Positions 1-12,479 of a DNA stretch of 64,000 nucleotides are shown one piece after another. Each line of letters opens with the position of its first letter. Positions within the stretch are counted from its first letter, which is position 1. This DNA is from Dicyema japonicum (Eukaryota; Animalia; Dicyemida): assembly GCA_011109175.1 (NCBI GenBank), contig RDEW01000010.1:958796-1022795 (forward strand), given 5' to 3'. A program made the position numbers and the translations under genes. Under the pieces are notes generated by a model that was given only the letters and a program-made list of their open reading frames with translations, was not told the origin of the DNA and ran no database searches.

Positions 1-300
1 GACGTCCCCGACAGCAGACACGGCGATGTTGGCTAGATGACACTAACAGATATTCAAAAGAATTCCGGCATACAGCATCGTCCATACCCCGCTGAGAGAA
101 AGTGAAGGTAGAAAAAGCTGATAAGTACGGCTCTAAGCATCACGAGTATGGTCGGAGTCCTGGCCAACAGAGAATTCTGGGAAGGAAGTAGAATTTTTTG
201 ACAAGGTTGTTAGAGGCCATTAGCGAGGGTAATCAAAAATTATTGAAAAAATCCAAAATGCTACAATAATATTTTTTTCCAATTAAGGGTTAACTGGTCT
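1..300 (+). mobile_element. Highly degenerate 3' remnant of a CRE-like retrotransposon (REL endonuclease end)
   Basis: Broken frames give KKADKYGS, VEFLTRLLEAISEG and a residual RGN-like codon run (aagggttaac, about 285-294), in the same order as the C-termini of better CRE copies in this window. Confidence 0.35.
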
Positions 301-1019
301 CGACTAAAAGAAGTCGAAAATTAACTTTAACAAAGTGAGCCGTGAATCCTGTTTGCAAGAACATTTCCTCTTAATTCCTGCAGAAACCAAGTCTGGAACA
401 AATCAAGACTTGAGATATGGCATCCATCTTTTGACGGAAGTGAAGTTTAAGATGTCTTTACTAGAACTCAATCACCGGGAATCGATGCAATGTGGTAGAT
501 TTCCAAATAAATCATTTGGCGCGATAATCTTGATTCTTCACATATTCGAAAATTAACAATCAAGTTCTCATAGCCATATATTCAAGAGACAAGTCCATCA
601 AGAACAATATTTGTAGGTAACCCTCCACAAATGATCAGTCATATCTGACAGTGCCGTCGTATTTTGACCACCTTAGTAATCAACTAATTAGTGATTCCTT
701 TCTCTTAGTCAAGGTTATCTCATCTCTGGATGTCCTTGGGGATAAATAATCCAAATTATTCATATTAAAAATTAAATAAAGTTATTTTCATATACAGGTC
801 GAATCTCATGCTTTCAGAACAGAATTTCGTAGCTTCAATTCTGGCCAAGGTTCCATGCGTCTACGATGGCTTAACAATCACCATCATCAGTGATACCTAT
901 ATAGACTCAAAGGCAATAAAAGAAGTTAGATGTTTAGCTCTTTTCAACGATTAATTATCGAATATTATGTTGATTTAATAAACACGTGATATCGAATTTG
1001 TCAATGGAAATGAAATTTA

Positions 1020-2400
1020 TCCATAAAGAATAGCAGAAACCTTTGTCACGCCCCTGAAACTACTGACTGCTTTCAGAATTGAGAACGGATTTCCATTGAC
1101 GATCTGGAAGGAAATTCGCTCAATGAGCCAGTTCCTGTTCATTTATCATTTTCCTCCTCGCTATAAGCGATCAGATTCTTCAGGGTCAGTGATATGCTAC
1201 CTATGAGTCCTGATGTTTTCATGGCGATTGGTTCAAAAATGAACTGTTTAGCGAGACATACGTATTTCTTCATCTTTGGGTCTCAGCCTTTTCCAAGGCT
1301 GATCCTGGGTGAGTTCCTGTCATAGCAATGTTAGAGGGAGAGAGGATATCCGACAGGTGACGGACGTTCCATGCGAGGTATTTACCACTTTCCTGTTAAA
1401 AGAGAGTTGCCAGGTCTTTTATTTGCAGCCCAAGAGGCCCCAACTGTACAGTGAATCCGGCCGCTTCCACTTTGGATCACTATGATTAGATTAGGATCAC
1501 TTGTCTTGGGCTCCTTCTAGCATTCCTCCCGTATGAGAAAGCGTGAAGGTCTTTAACGTCGACCATTATTTCACATCTACATCAATGTGCTTAGATGCGG
1601 ACGCAAACCTCAAGTCGTCATCCAATAGTGTCCCATGTGAGGTCCAAGTCCTGTGAGAGTAGAGATGGCGGACTTAACCTCTGCCACCACAAACACGCAG
1701 CAGTGACTTCATGTTCTTCCCTTGAGCCCGAACTGGAATCCTCGGTTCTAACGAATTAGGTTATCCAGAGAAGTTGTTGGGGAGCATTTCTCTCTAGGAG
1801 TCAGTCACTTGATTCTCTAAAGTACTTTTCTTGTATCTTCGATCTTTATATTATTTATCCAGGAGATGGATGGCCATCCCGTAATGCATGCTTAGCAAAC
1901 GCATGTCTGTATCTGTAAGCGTACCCTACACGTGACATCCTTCACTAAGAGCTGCCGTCTTGCAGGCAATCTTGGCTGTTATCCATCTGAAGAAAAAGTC
2001 GACACCATTCGTTTTTTATCAAAGGCAATCAGAGCGTGAAAAATTGTCTCAGTCTGAACTCCCAGTAGAATTTGATTCATATAAGAATTTTATAGAGAAT
2101 ATAAGACAGACATCAGATCTCAAGCGAATAGATCGCCAGCTTTTTAAATGGCCGGGTTTTGTTTCATCCAGTCCGCATCTTGCCTATGGCAAATTCCGAA
2201 TTGCCAAAAGTACTTGATCGCTCAAGGCAATGAAGAGCCCACTCTGGAAGGTGATAGGACGTTTCGCAGATTGTGAGGGGAAGATGGATGTTTGCCAAAC
2301 AAAATATTTGGATAGAGCATAAGTTTTGACCTTCGGTCTCTCTCTTGGATACGGTATAATTATCCCCGTTTTTTTAATGTGACAACAATCTTGTAAACTG
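1020..2400 (-). mobile_element. Old, internally deleted CRE-like retrotransposon
   Basis: Minus strand gives KPGHLK, LIAFDK, ITAKIAC (RT N-terminal part), then FEPIAMKTSGLIG and IVNGNPFSILKAVSS (REL C-terminus); many stops. Confidence 0.6.
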
Positions 2401-2599
2401 TTGGATGACTCATCAAAAGAGTGGTAAAGATTTCTTTGGGAGTTATTCCAGCTAAGTTGTTCCTCGCAAATGACAATATGTATTTAGTTAATTTATTTAG
2501 TTTTATTTTACTGTTGGTTTTTATTTACTTAGTTTTATTTTAGTTATTCCAGCTAAGTTGTTCCTCTTTTTTCCCTGTCCAAACCCTCTGATGAAGATT

Positions 2600-2845
2600 G
2601 CATTATGAAAACTATTCCGCTAAAGAATGAAGTGATGTTCGCGACGGTAGGACGTGGGACAAAAATAGAAAAGGGCGGACCTACTTCTCCACCTCTCTTC
2701 AGAAGCGGAAGCCTGTAATGAAGTATTGGAAGATGTATTTGGTCGGCATAAGCAGATGTTCTCCCTTTGGTTCTTTCCTTGGATTAATTAGTTATGACTG
2801 ATTGTGGTGGGGTTACAATGGTATGTTTGGGGTTAATAATAATAT
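2600..2845 (+). mobile_element. 3' end of an Ingi/I-group-like LINE
   Basis: Ends TGGTATGTTTGGGGTTAATAATAAT, matching the 3' tails at about 8870 (-), 29665 (-) and 44040 (+). Confidence 0.35.
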
Positions 2846-3313
2846 AATTACTGTTAATTTTTTAAATAATTTAATTATTTTGCTTTGGTATTGTAAAGGA
2901 CAGCAGAAACCCTTCGATCATGTTGAGGTCTACCTGGATCACTTATTTAATGGTCTAACTCGTTCTTTCTTGTGTTCCCCTTTTCGGCGTTAAATAATAA
3001 TATTTATGCTCTTTCTCAAATTCCCAAGTAGCATTTTATAAAAATTTTGATCACTCATGGATTGCAGCACTAAATTTGGTTTTCTCTATATATTAGAGTA
3101 ACAACACATATGAATTGTTCACATGTCCTGAATTCAAAGAATGCTTGCTTCAAACAGGACTTGTCACTAATATACCCTTTTGTAGATTTTGTTGCCCATA
3201 GATGAGTCCATTACGACATCCTTAGTCCCGGCAATAATATCGATCTTTAAGTGCAATTTCGGTACTTACACCAACGTTTGACTTAATGCTGATTAATAGT
3301 AGTACTTAATACA

Positions 3314-5100
3314 ATGGCTCCGTGATGGACCCTTGCTGACTATATTCACAAGTTAACATTCAAGGTATCCGGATGAAAATTACCGAACTAAAACACTTTC
3401 TCTTAAAACGAAGGATATAGTTATTTATTTTTTTTATTAACAAAAATTTTTTTTAACAATTAAACAAATGTCAGTTGAGGAAGCCTGCTGCGTAAATTGC
3501 GAACGAGTTCCCTCGGAGTATGGCTATTCCGATCTTTTGTCTTAGCCATAACCCTTCTCGTTGATCCCTTTCCTTTCTGGCAAGCAATCCTCCGAGTTCT
3601 TGCAAGAATTCAGCCGTCATTGGACCAACGGCTCCCGATGATTCGGTCGCAACAGGAGTAAATCGGTAGCGATCCCCGAGGCAAGAATATTTCTTGATTT
3701 TTAGGTTTTCCGCGTCGAAGCAGCTGCTCCAGGTGTCTGAACCGATTTAAAAATGTTCGTGCTTGAGAACGTGTCTATGCAAGTTGCGTCCCAGACCAAA
3801 GATCTTCCAGACGTGAAGGGGAAAAGGGTCATCCCGTCAGGTCTCTTCCCATCTCCTCGATCAAGACCCACTGGTTCAAGCTGTGCTGGGAAGCCTGAAG
3901 CCTTCAGAGCTCTGACGATCACATCATTCAGAGCAGCATGACGTGGTCCCCTTCCGGCGCTTCTTCTGCAGGACAGCGGGTGCAATCCTTTCGCATCGAC
4001 TGTTTTCCCGCATCGGCATCGGTGCTCCTGGCAAACGTCTAGTCCCAGCCTTTGTCCGATTCCAATCCTCAAAGAATCGTCGTCCAAAAAGGTCCCGAGG
4101 TTTGGGCAAGGTATTGCACCAAGCCATGCTCCACTCCCTCTACTTGAAGCTGACACCAAACAAGCCAGACGATGTTGATTTGCTTCTTTTTAAGGTCTTC
4201 CAAAATTTTGGAGCAGACAATGTCATCCCAATTTCTTTGCTTCGTTGTGTCTTCTGGGATTTTGAGTCCGGACCCGTTCCATTTCCTACAAGCTTCGTCA
4301 AATGACTCATTCCAGCAAGTCCAATTTTGTTATGAAGGACTTGCCGTGTCAAATGGCTGCAGCTTGAGAGAGATGATAGGTATGCTGGGTACGCAACCTC
4401 CAGCGCCGATCTCATTCCGACACCCCCAAATCCAGAGGGAAGCTTGCATTGTTTCCAACCAAGTTCGTCGAAGCGGACGTTAATTATTGACTCGACTGTT
4501 TGCTTGAGAGACTTGTCCATTGAAAGTAGAATGTCATATTGTTCGTAGCAGGGTGAACATCGGAGTAGATATAAAAGCTTGGGTAGTCCGATGTTGTTTC
4601 TCATAGTTATTTTCTAAGAAACGAAACTAAACCCACAGCGGGCCACCCCCAACATTCCAGGATACTTAGTCTTCGGACATGGGAGAAGTCATAGAAGAGG
4701 TAAAGGCGTTATTACACTAATCAGGAACCATATACTGGCCAGCAATATTTTGGATAACATCTCGGACCCTTCCTCAGAACGACACACTGGAACAACTAAC
4801 TCTAAGAATCCGTCTACTTTCTCTCCGATTGACAGTTGTTAATATGTATATATCGCAGCGACTTCTGCCCCGAACTCCAGCGATTCCTAAATGCAAAGAG
4901 ATCTCAATGGTATGCTAACCAACAACTGTATCAACGGAAAGCCCTCATATCCGACAGTTTTGACGAACTGATCATTCTCAGCAAACACACAAGGACCCCT
5001 TCCTGTCGAGGCGACTCCCCTACTTCACCCGACATTTCTTTTGCCGCTCTCGAAGCATCGAGTCTCATTTAGACTCTTTGGACATTGAGCCGATCAGACA
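3314..5100 (+). mobile_element. 5' part of an APE-endonuclease LINE (Ingi/I-group-like), split by a CRE insertion at 3427-4602
   Basis: Removing the CRE and one TSD joins VNIQGIRMKITELKHFL to IVIF*ETKLNPQ..IPGYLVFGHGRSHRRGKGVITLIR, the N-terminal APE motifs (N-x-x-G, QET, GGV-like). Confidence 0.7.
3427..4602 (-). mobile_element. 5'-truncated CRE-clade non-LTR retrotransposon with 10-bp TSD
   Basis: ORFs 4140-4604 and 3701-4159 carry LPKLLYLLRCSP, CRCG..H..SC knuckle, KRPDG and LVWDATC; poly(A)-rich tail about 3427-3455; TSD ATAGTTATTT at 3417-3426 and 4603-4612. Confidence 0.9.
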
Positions 5101-5131
5101 GACTGAATTCTCTTACGAATTCCTGACGTCT

Positions 5132-5463
5132 AAAAAATTAAGCACTTTTGCGTTGCCGTAAGCACGTAAGATGCTTAGGGTTTCGCTCATGCAGAACACA
5201 CACTTTATTTAATTAAAAAACAGTTATTATAACTAATCGTAGAGGGAGAATCAAAGAATGCTCTTCACTTTTTTTATCTTTCTTGAGTGTATGTCCTTTT
5301 AGACTATCCAGTTCCGCAGTGAATCTCCATGATGACGGCGAAACTCGTCAAGCCTTTTTAGCACCGCAGATGCGTGGAACCTTCCACCAGGTGAACAGCA
5401 GCGAGAATCGAACCCGTGACCTAAGCCACTTAGCCCGACACCTAACCACTGTGCCACCCGAAG
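5132..5463 (-). mobile_element. tRNA-derived SINE-like element (about 330 bp)
   Basis: Minus-strand A box TGGCACAGTGG (5446-5456) and B box GGTTCGATTC (5405-5414); 21-mer AGATGCGTGGAACCTTCCACC shared exactly with 50110-50130; 3' end CGCAAAAGTGCTTAAT resembles RTE tails. Confidence 0.7.
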
Positions 5464-5479
5464 TAAGACTGGTTCGATC

Positions 5480-6130
5480 CAACGTATACAGCGACCTTTT
5501 TATTCAGTACAAACTTAAAGGCACAGATGGAGTGAGGCGGCTATTATCATTCAGTGGATTTCCAATTTCAGCATTCAACCAAGAATCCGTTGAATGACAG
5601 TCAGTCTTTTCGTGGAAGACAAGTCTTCTTGCATCTCATATCATAACCACACCTTAAATATGATATCTGATTAGTGCGGTCATCCGGATCATTGAGGGAT
5701 AAGTCCTTCCATACTCCCATAGCCTCTGATAGTGACATAGATACATTCAGACCCGGATAAGAGTTAAGAAATGTATCCACAAATTTTTTGATGAACTGAA
5801 TGAGAACAAATGTGCAGCCAATGAAATGACTGAAGGCATAGTACGGTCCATCCTACTGAAACAATGGGAGGAATTCTTTGAAGTCATCCATAATCATCTA
5901 AATGTATATTTAAAATGACTTACCTAATTTCACAGACAAGAGAAGATAGAAAATATTATTCATCATAACAGAGGGAATCCAACATCAGCGGAATGAAATA
6001 AATGTCCAATCCTTTCACTTATGGAACCTTTCCACTGGAGTGGGGGAAAGTAAATGATCTTTTTAGCGTCACTCCGGCACTGTGTAATTGATCACATGAT
6101 GTCATCAAGTAGAGCAATGGAAGAAAAGGA
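5480..6130 (-). pseudogene. Unidentified intron-containing gene fragment
   Basis: Canonical 26-nt intron GTAAGT...TTTAG at 5898-5923 followed by a long, stop-interrupted frame (MDDFKEFLPLF..FVDTFLNSYPGL..). Confidence 0.35.
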
Positions 6131-6189
6131 ACAAAGAAAAAAAAGAGACCTTTGAACAAGTAGCCAGCGTTTAATAGATCCAAAATATC

Positions 6190-6380
6190 AAATATCTTGT
6201 GAAAACTATTTCCGATTCATTGACGACTCCTTTACTAATTATTTTAAACACACCATAGGTTTTTCTCCTATTTTGTCATTTAGCATAACTTCTATAATGC
6301 TACACAACATAAAACCTTTGGATTCCATGTTAGTCCATAATAAAAGATCGCTTTCAATTTCTGTGAATCTTAAATGAGGG
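6190..6380 (+). mobile_element. Possible Penelope-like RT fragment
   Basis: YFRFIDDSF resembles the PLE RT motif Y-R-Y-V-D-D-x-F; nothing else supports it. Confidence 0.3.
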
Positions 6381-6778
6381 ATTTAAGAACACTAAAAACT
6401 AGTACTATGATGGATTCAATGGCGGATTCGAGAAGGTTACCATACCTATACTCATTAGGATTCCTAACAATAGAAGTGAGTGGAAGAGGTCGACATTCAG
6501 AATGTTATCTTTTGCTGCATGAGTAGCTATTAGTATTGTGGCTCTCAGAAAGTGTTTAATAATAGAGCAATAGAAAACTGAGTAGAGTATACATACTGTG
6601 AGTCGACACTAGCCGAAGACTGGATTGAGACATTATTCCTATATTCCACAGGAAGCTATTAACCATCAGAATGGTATTTACACAGGGAAATTAGGAAGAA
6701 CGTTTTGATTATCGACGGATAAGCCCAAATGTTAGCTACTAAAAATAATGGAGCAAATTGTCTACAAGAGACTTTAAA

Positions 6779-6921
6779 TTTTTTTTTTTTTTATTAACAA
6801 AATTTTTTTTAACAATTAAACAAATGTCAGTTGAGGAAGCCTGCTGCGTGGATTGCGAACGAGTTCCCTCGGAGTATGGCTATTCCGATCTTTTGTCTTA
6901 GCCATAACCCTTCTCGTTGAT
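6779..6921 (-). mobile_element. 140-bp 3'-terminal CRE copy
   Basis: Nearly identical to 3425-3565, including the poly(A) tail. Confidence 0.85.
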
Positions 6922-7689
6922 AAAATAAGTTAAATCAATAACCTTGAGCCGTAATTCAAGACAACCCGTAATAAGTTAAGCGGCTATAGACTATAAAAGT
7001 CATGGACACCTTTCCCCAGTCAAGACTATAAAAGTCAATTTTTAAAGAAAAATTCCATTATGGCATTGAGGACGTAATGGGAGATACTGCCTAATGATCG
7101 CGAGTCCAATATTCAAGAAGAGCCATCATGTCATTAGACTCTCTCTTCTGCACTTCTGCAATTCCGCTCATTAACATGATAAACTTTGACGTGCTGGGGT
7201 AAAACATACCAGACGTCTCGAAAGAGATCACTGAAAGGCGAACCGATCCCAAATTTCCTAGTTTTGAAATCTTTAGTAGTACTTGCTGTAAAACCTGAGC
7301 AGATTCGTCTTTATGCAAGACACTCCCTTGACTTCATGGCTTGGTATATATGCCACGTGACTTCTTTCCATCACTTCGACAAAGTTTAAAAAGTTCCAGA
7401 AAGCATGCAAACCCCGTGTCTTATATTACTCTCATGACAGTCAAGTTTTACCTGGAGGATATCTCCCGACACTTCGCATGTATTACAGCGGATGTAGACT
7501 TTTCATGTCAAGCGTTCCATCGAATTTCCATCGGTGTTCCAAGCAGACACCAAGCAAGGCCTAGCCAAAGAACAACTCCAATTGAGTACCAACCGAACGA
7601 GTATCAACTGCATGAGTGAAGGCCGAATTCCTTTAGTTTTTAATCAAAAATCACAATTATTGGACAAAATTGGTAATAAAATTGCGCAG

Positions 7690-8460
7690 GTTTGAAAAGT
7701 TAGTCGGCGGATTTTGAAGAAACCCCCTTTGATCCACACAAATTGAAGAACTGGACAAACATTACACACAAGACTACTCAATCGTCTTTTTTAGAAACGA
7801 ATAACTTGCGCCGTCGGGCTTGTATTCTGTCAGCCTCTTCTACCTTCAGCAGGGCTTTGCTGAACGCGTTTTTATCATCTTCAATTGGTTCCCTTCTGGA
7901 TCAGGATGCCCTTCGAATTGGCGTTTCCTTCGTCTCGGGGTCGACCTGTGCCAGCCTCATCCGTGCCGTTGTGAACTGCAAAGGGTTTCACCCGTTTTCT
8001 TGTCGACGCAGCAGTGGTCTGTTCCCGATGTATGCCGCTATTAACGGTGTCGTTAGGCGCTCTCTTAGGGGACTGGATTCCGGAAACTCTGGAACCGGTG
8101 GGCCTAAATCGTGGGGATGGAAAGTGCCTAGAAGGTATAACTGTGTTCCATTTCTCTCAGGTGAAATGCTTGATTTGGGATGTGGCTTTCATAGACACCT
8201 TTTCCCAGTCGAGACTTTCAGACTCCACGTTGAAAGCTTGGGAGGCCTGCTTGAACATTCGAGAATTCCAAAATAAGAAAATACGACAGCCTTTTCACCA
8301 GATTTTTTGTACATCCCATTGCCGTCGAAACGAGCGGAGTCTTCTGGCCCAAGACGGTCTCTTTTATAAGATCGCTTGGGTCTGAAATCGAAAGTGAGTG
8401 ACGAGCGTCGGGGAACCGATTAGCTGTACCAGAGGATTTCTCTGGCAGTTGTCAGCAAAT
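7690..8460 (+). mobile_element. Degenerate CRE 3' half (REL domain)
   Basis: LLDQDALRIGV, HPFSCRRS, LEPVGLNRGDGK, LIWDVAFIDTFS and PIAVETSG across frameshifts. Confidence 0.8.
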
Positions 8461-8867
8461 TATTTTATTTTGATTATTTTGTTGTGTAATAAATTGTCAC
8501 ACTAAAAAATTACCTGAATAGAATGAGAATGTATTTTATTTAAAAACAGAACCAAGGACAATAAAAACTCATACTTCAACAGGCAAAGACAATGGCCATA
8601 CCCTGCAACACAATCTCTGGTCACGAGGTCTCTAAGTTTTGTTGACGACTCTTTTACCCATTCTCCCAGCCGCTCCTGGGGTTTCAAGGGCGAATGATAG
8701 AAATCTCAAAACGACAAATGAGAATTTCTCCATCAATATCTCGAGATCAATGTTCTTAAACGCTATTGTAACTTTTGCTGTATTTTATTTATTCAGATTT
8801 TTGCATATCTGATGCTTTATTGTTTTCATGTGCTCCACAAACGATAGACGAGACTGAGGTGAAATAT

Positions 8868-9590
8868 ATTTAATAACCCAAAAAAAACATCAAGAAAGAA
8901 GGAGTAGAACAACTAATTAAGTGATCCCGGTACACCTCAACAGGATCGAGAGGTTTTTCCTATGTTCATCCAGAGTACCCACTGCTTTCCTGAATAGACG
9001 ACGATCATCTTTCACTAGAGTTTAAAGAGGGGTGGGTTTTTTCCCCAAATTACGTGTATTTGAGGCTTTTAGCCTAGAGTGGAAGAAACAATTTGTTTCT
9101 TGACCGCACAGACCGATGAAGCCAGAGTCGTTATTTTTGATTGCGGCATGGTCAAGCATTGGGGGAAAAGATTGGGGTAGATTTGTTAGACGTGCAAGTT
9201 TGACTGTTAGGAGTTGATCTTGTATGAATTAAATATTGAAGCTCCATAGGCCCATGAGGCACAAGCATACTCTACCGTCGGTTTTAGTAGTTGATTGTAC
9301 ATGAAGACAGCGCATTCCCGTGACGGTCGGACTTTAAGAGCGGTTTCATTATATTCAGTTTCCTGAGACCCTTTGTCATAACGTTCTTCACATAATGAGA
9401 AAATGTCATCAAAGGGTCAAAAGTCAATCCCAGAATAGTTGGATGAATCTGTAAAAGTAAAGAGTCTCCATATATGTTAAAATCCAGTGTATATTTTTCT
9501 TTTCTGTCTGTAATGAAGATGGTATACGTTGATTTATCCATGGATATGGAGAGACGATTCAAATTCAGACATTTTAAAAGAACCATGTCA
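8868..9590 (-). mobile_element. Ingi/I-group-like LINE, RT C-terminus and 3' end
   Basis: ORF 9284-9586 (NRLSISMDKS, PTILGLTFDPLMTFSHYV, RKLNIMK) then VEYAC; ORF ends GIT* before a GGGTTATTAA tail. Confidence 0.7.
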
Positions 9591-9702
9591 TTAATTAATT
9601 AATTTTCAAGTAGTAAATTTTTAAATATTATTTATTATAATAATTTAAATATTATTCGTTTTTGATCTTCATTTTGTAGTGAATATTAAGTGCTGCTAAA
9701 AT

Positions 9703-10449
9703 ATGGCTTATGTGATAGTTATGAATTCACATAAAAGGCAAGATCAGAGTCTCGCTTAATTAACTCGTAAGTTTGTTGAACTGTTGAATTCTTCAAAAGA
9801 TGGTCTACTTGACTTACGAGAAGTTGAAATTTTATAAAATATTGCAGGCAGTCTCTAAACTACCAATACATAATAATCGTAGAATATACGAAATAATAAA
9901 CGTACTCGAAGGAATCGGTCTTCTAGAAAAGATATCTATGAACTACATTAGATGATGTAAGACAAATTTAAATTTTAGTTCTAATAAAAGTGATCCTTCT
10001 AAAGAGGCTCGTCGGCTTCGAGAAGAGATCAAATTTCTTAGAAACTACGAGAAGGATCTAGAAAAGGAGGTCACTGATGCGATGCAATGTACCACAAAAT
10101 GTGGAATGACACCGACTGTTGACATTCCCTAAATTTTGTCCAAAGTTCTGATATCTCGCCAATTTTTGAAAATCAGACGGTTTTTGCAGTTCATGCTCCG
10201 CAGGAAGCCCGGTTATCTTTTACTAGAACATTTGTTTGCCTGTTATTTTACTCTTTAGGGACTGAAGGGAGGTCAACTCCGTGTTTACTGCGATTCAGGG
10301 ACTGTGTCGGTTGTCCTTATGGATGAATTTACCAAAGATAACTCTAAAAGCACTCCGTATGCCTTAACAAGGTTGATTTTTCTGGGAATGACTGCTACAT
10401 CTTTAAAATGAAGGAAGATCAAAGTCTGGCTTACTGCTTTAAGGATTAA
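9703..10449 (+). pseudogene. E2F: Miniature E2F transcription factor (E2F4/5-like) with ultra-short introns; stop and frameshift in this sequence
   Basis: KRQDQSLA*LTRKFVELL..KDGLLDL | AVSKL..RRIYEIINVLEGIGLLEK winged helix; coiled coil LREEIKFLRNYEKDL; marked box QTVFAVHAP; C-terminal DCYIFKMKEDQSLAYCFKD* resembles the pocket-protein-binding motif; GT-AG introns 9823-9847 (25 nt), 9957-9978 (22 nt), 10234-10258 (25 nt); TAA at 9757. Confidence 0.85.
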
Positions 10450-11338
10450 CTTTTATATTTTTGTGTTAAGTAATTAAAATTTTGCTACTCGGAGTTACCC
10501 AAAAAAGGGAACTGGGCTGTTTTACCTCCAGTATTCCCACAGGGCTTTTTAAAGTACATAGTCTTCTAGAAAGGATTGTCTTTTGTTTGGACGCCTACTT
10601 TTGCTTAGGGGTTTATGGAATGGTCTCCTACTTGTTAGTAAAGTCTGAGTAACCAGCTAATTTCTTATTTTGCAGGTATCTCCAAGTATTGGGTTATATA
10701 AGATTGGAATTCTGAACGTTCTAATAAACTATTTTTTAGTTCTGAAATATAGCGCGTAGGATGTCTTCTGAGTTAGTAGCATGCTTAGGGACTAGGTGAG
10801 ATTGGAACTTGTTAAGTTTAATGACTCTTTTAAATTTGGCTATTTTGCATAAATTTGATAATTTTTCTTTGAAGTGAAAATTTTCTACAGTTATTTATTT
10901 TTAACATGACATCTTTGAATAGGCCAGTTGGAAAAATAGAAATAGGATCTCAGAAGTTGAGAAATAGCATTAGCTAAAAGGCTGTGAATACATTGAACTG
11001 GGATAATAGTGTTCGATATCGTTCTAACCACCCTTTCCGTCGAAAGGATTCTACCTTTTCAACGGCTGACTAATGGAATCTGGTCTCTGTGAAGTCTGAG
11101 GAAACTACTTACATTTTTTTTGATTGCAGAATCGTTGATTATTGGAGGGAAATTGTTTATAGGTTGTCCGGTTAAAAATGAATGGGGTTTCCCACAGTTG
11201 GAATGAAATAGACCTTAATTCCATGAGCCGCAGGCATACTCGAAAAGGTTAACCAGTCATTCCTCTATGAATTGGTGACAGTAATTGAATTATCCTTACA
11301 AGATTTAGAATACGTATAGATTTTTTATCATCTTTATT

Positions 11339-11667
11339 TTTTTAGAGAGAAAATTTATTATAAATGAATAAAAATTAAATTAAGGCATCTGAATGGCCAT
11401 GCTATTTCCCCTAACAATAGCCAACAAGATACGTTCTCGGAACCAACCAGTCTTCCGCGGATCCTTGGTCACAGCTTGAATCATGGAGCCGATCTTACGA
11501 ACCAACTCATCTGCTTGGGGGCCAAAGATTCCTGACGTTTCCACTGCGAATGGAACAAAAAATACTCCTCCGAAATTCTCTGGTACTTCCTCCTCTTTCG
11601 TTCTCGGCCTGCTTTGAAGCATGTCCTGGGTCTGAAGCAGAAGCAACCAAATTAGACGGGGAATAAG
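11339..11667 (-). mobile_element. 5'-truncated CRE copy with perfect 13-bp TSD
   Basis: FVPFAVETSGIFG and ERILLAIVRGN; TSD TATCATCTTTATT at 11326-11338 and 11668-11680. Confidence 0.9.
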
Positions 11668-12479
11668 TATCATCTTTATTATACTTTAATTCCGTCATTT
11701 TCTTAATTTCATTCAATTTGCATCTTTTTTTCAATTTTCGTGCTTGCTTCAGAAGATTTTCTAAAACGTGTATTTTTGGTCTCTATAATGAGTATAGTCG
11801 CTTCTCTATTATTTCAGATTGTACTGATTCACCTCTGGATTTTATACATTCCCATTCTGGATATTATAGATTTTTTATCATCTTTATTATATTTTAATTC
11901 CGAAAATCTCTTTAGTTATCATTATAGGATGTGAACGAGATGGATGAATTGTTAAACCCGTATACAGAATATTAACGGTTGAGCTTATAACCCGTCATAC
12001 TGATATACTCATTTATAGCAACACTGGGAGATCTTTTATTGTCGGAATTATGAACTCTTCTCACCATACTTCGAATAACTTTAAAGACGTTGTTTCTTTT
12101 TCTTATTTTGCATCTTTTTTATTTTGATTTCCGTAATTATTGTGCAAAATAACTTACTATTTACTTTTGATTTTTTAAACGTGTATTTTTGTCTTTCTTT
12201 ATACATAGTAGTTTTCTGATTATATATTAAATAAAACCAATTCATCTCCAAAAAATGATTTTGATTATGCAGGTTCCATGACATTAAGTCTGAAAAAGCT
12301 CTGATTTTTATTTCCCACGTACATGGAATTGCTAACAGAACTCATTTTACTACACAATTCAGGTGATGGCCGCATCCTAATCTTGCAAGATGAACTCTTG
12401 ACCTCGCAGTTATTTTGATTCGGAGTCACTTATTTCATACGGTACCTTGTTAAGTGGATTGTTCACGATGAGTACGTTG

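Noticed and set aside
2585-2620. Hammerhead ribozyme core CTGATGA...GAAA
   Set aside because: Stem II pairs poorly and no stems I/III or cleavage triplet could be built
5395-5463. Functional tRNA gene
   Set aside because: A/B boxes are present but there is no convincing acceptor stem or terminator, and the downstream body is shared with a second diverged copy, so it was called a SINE
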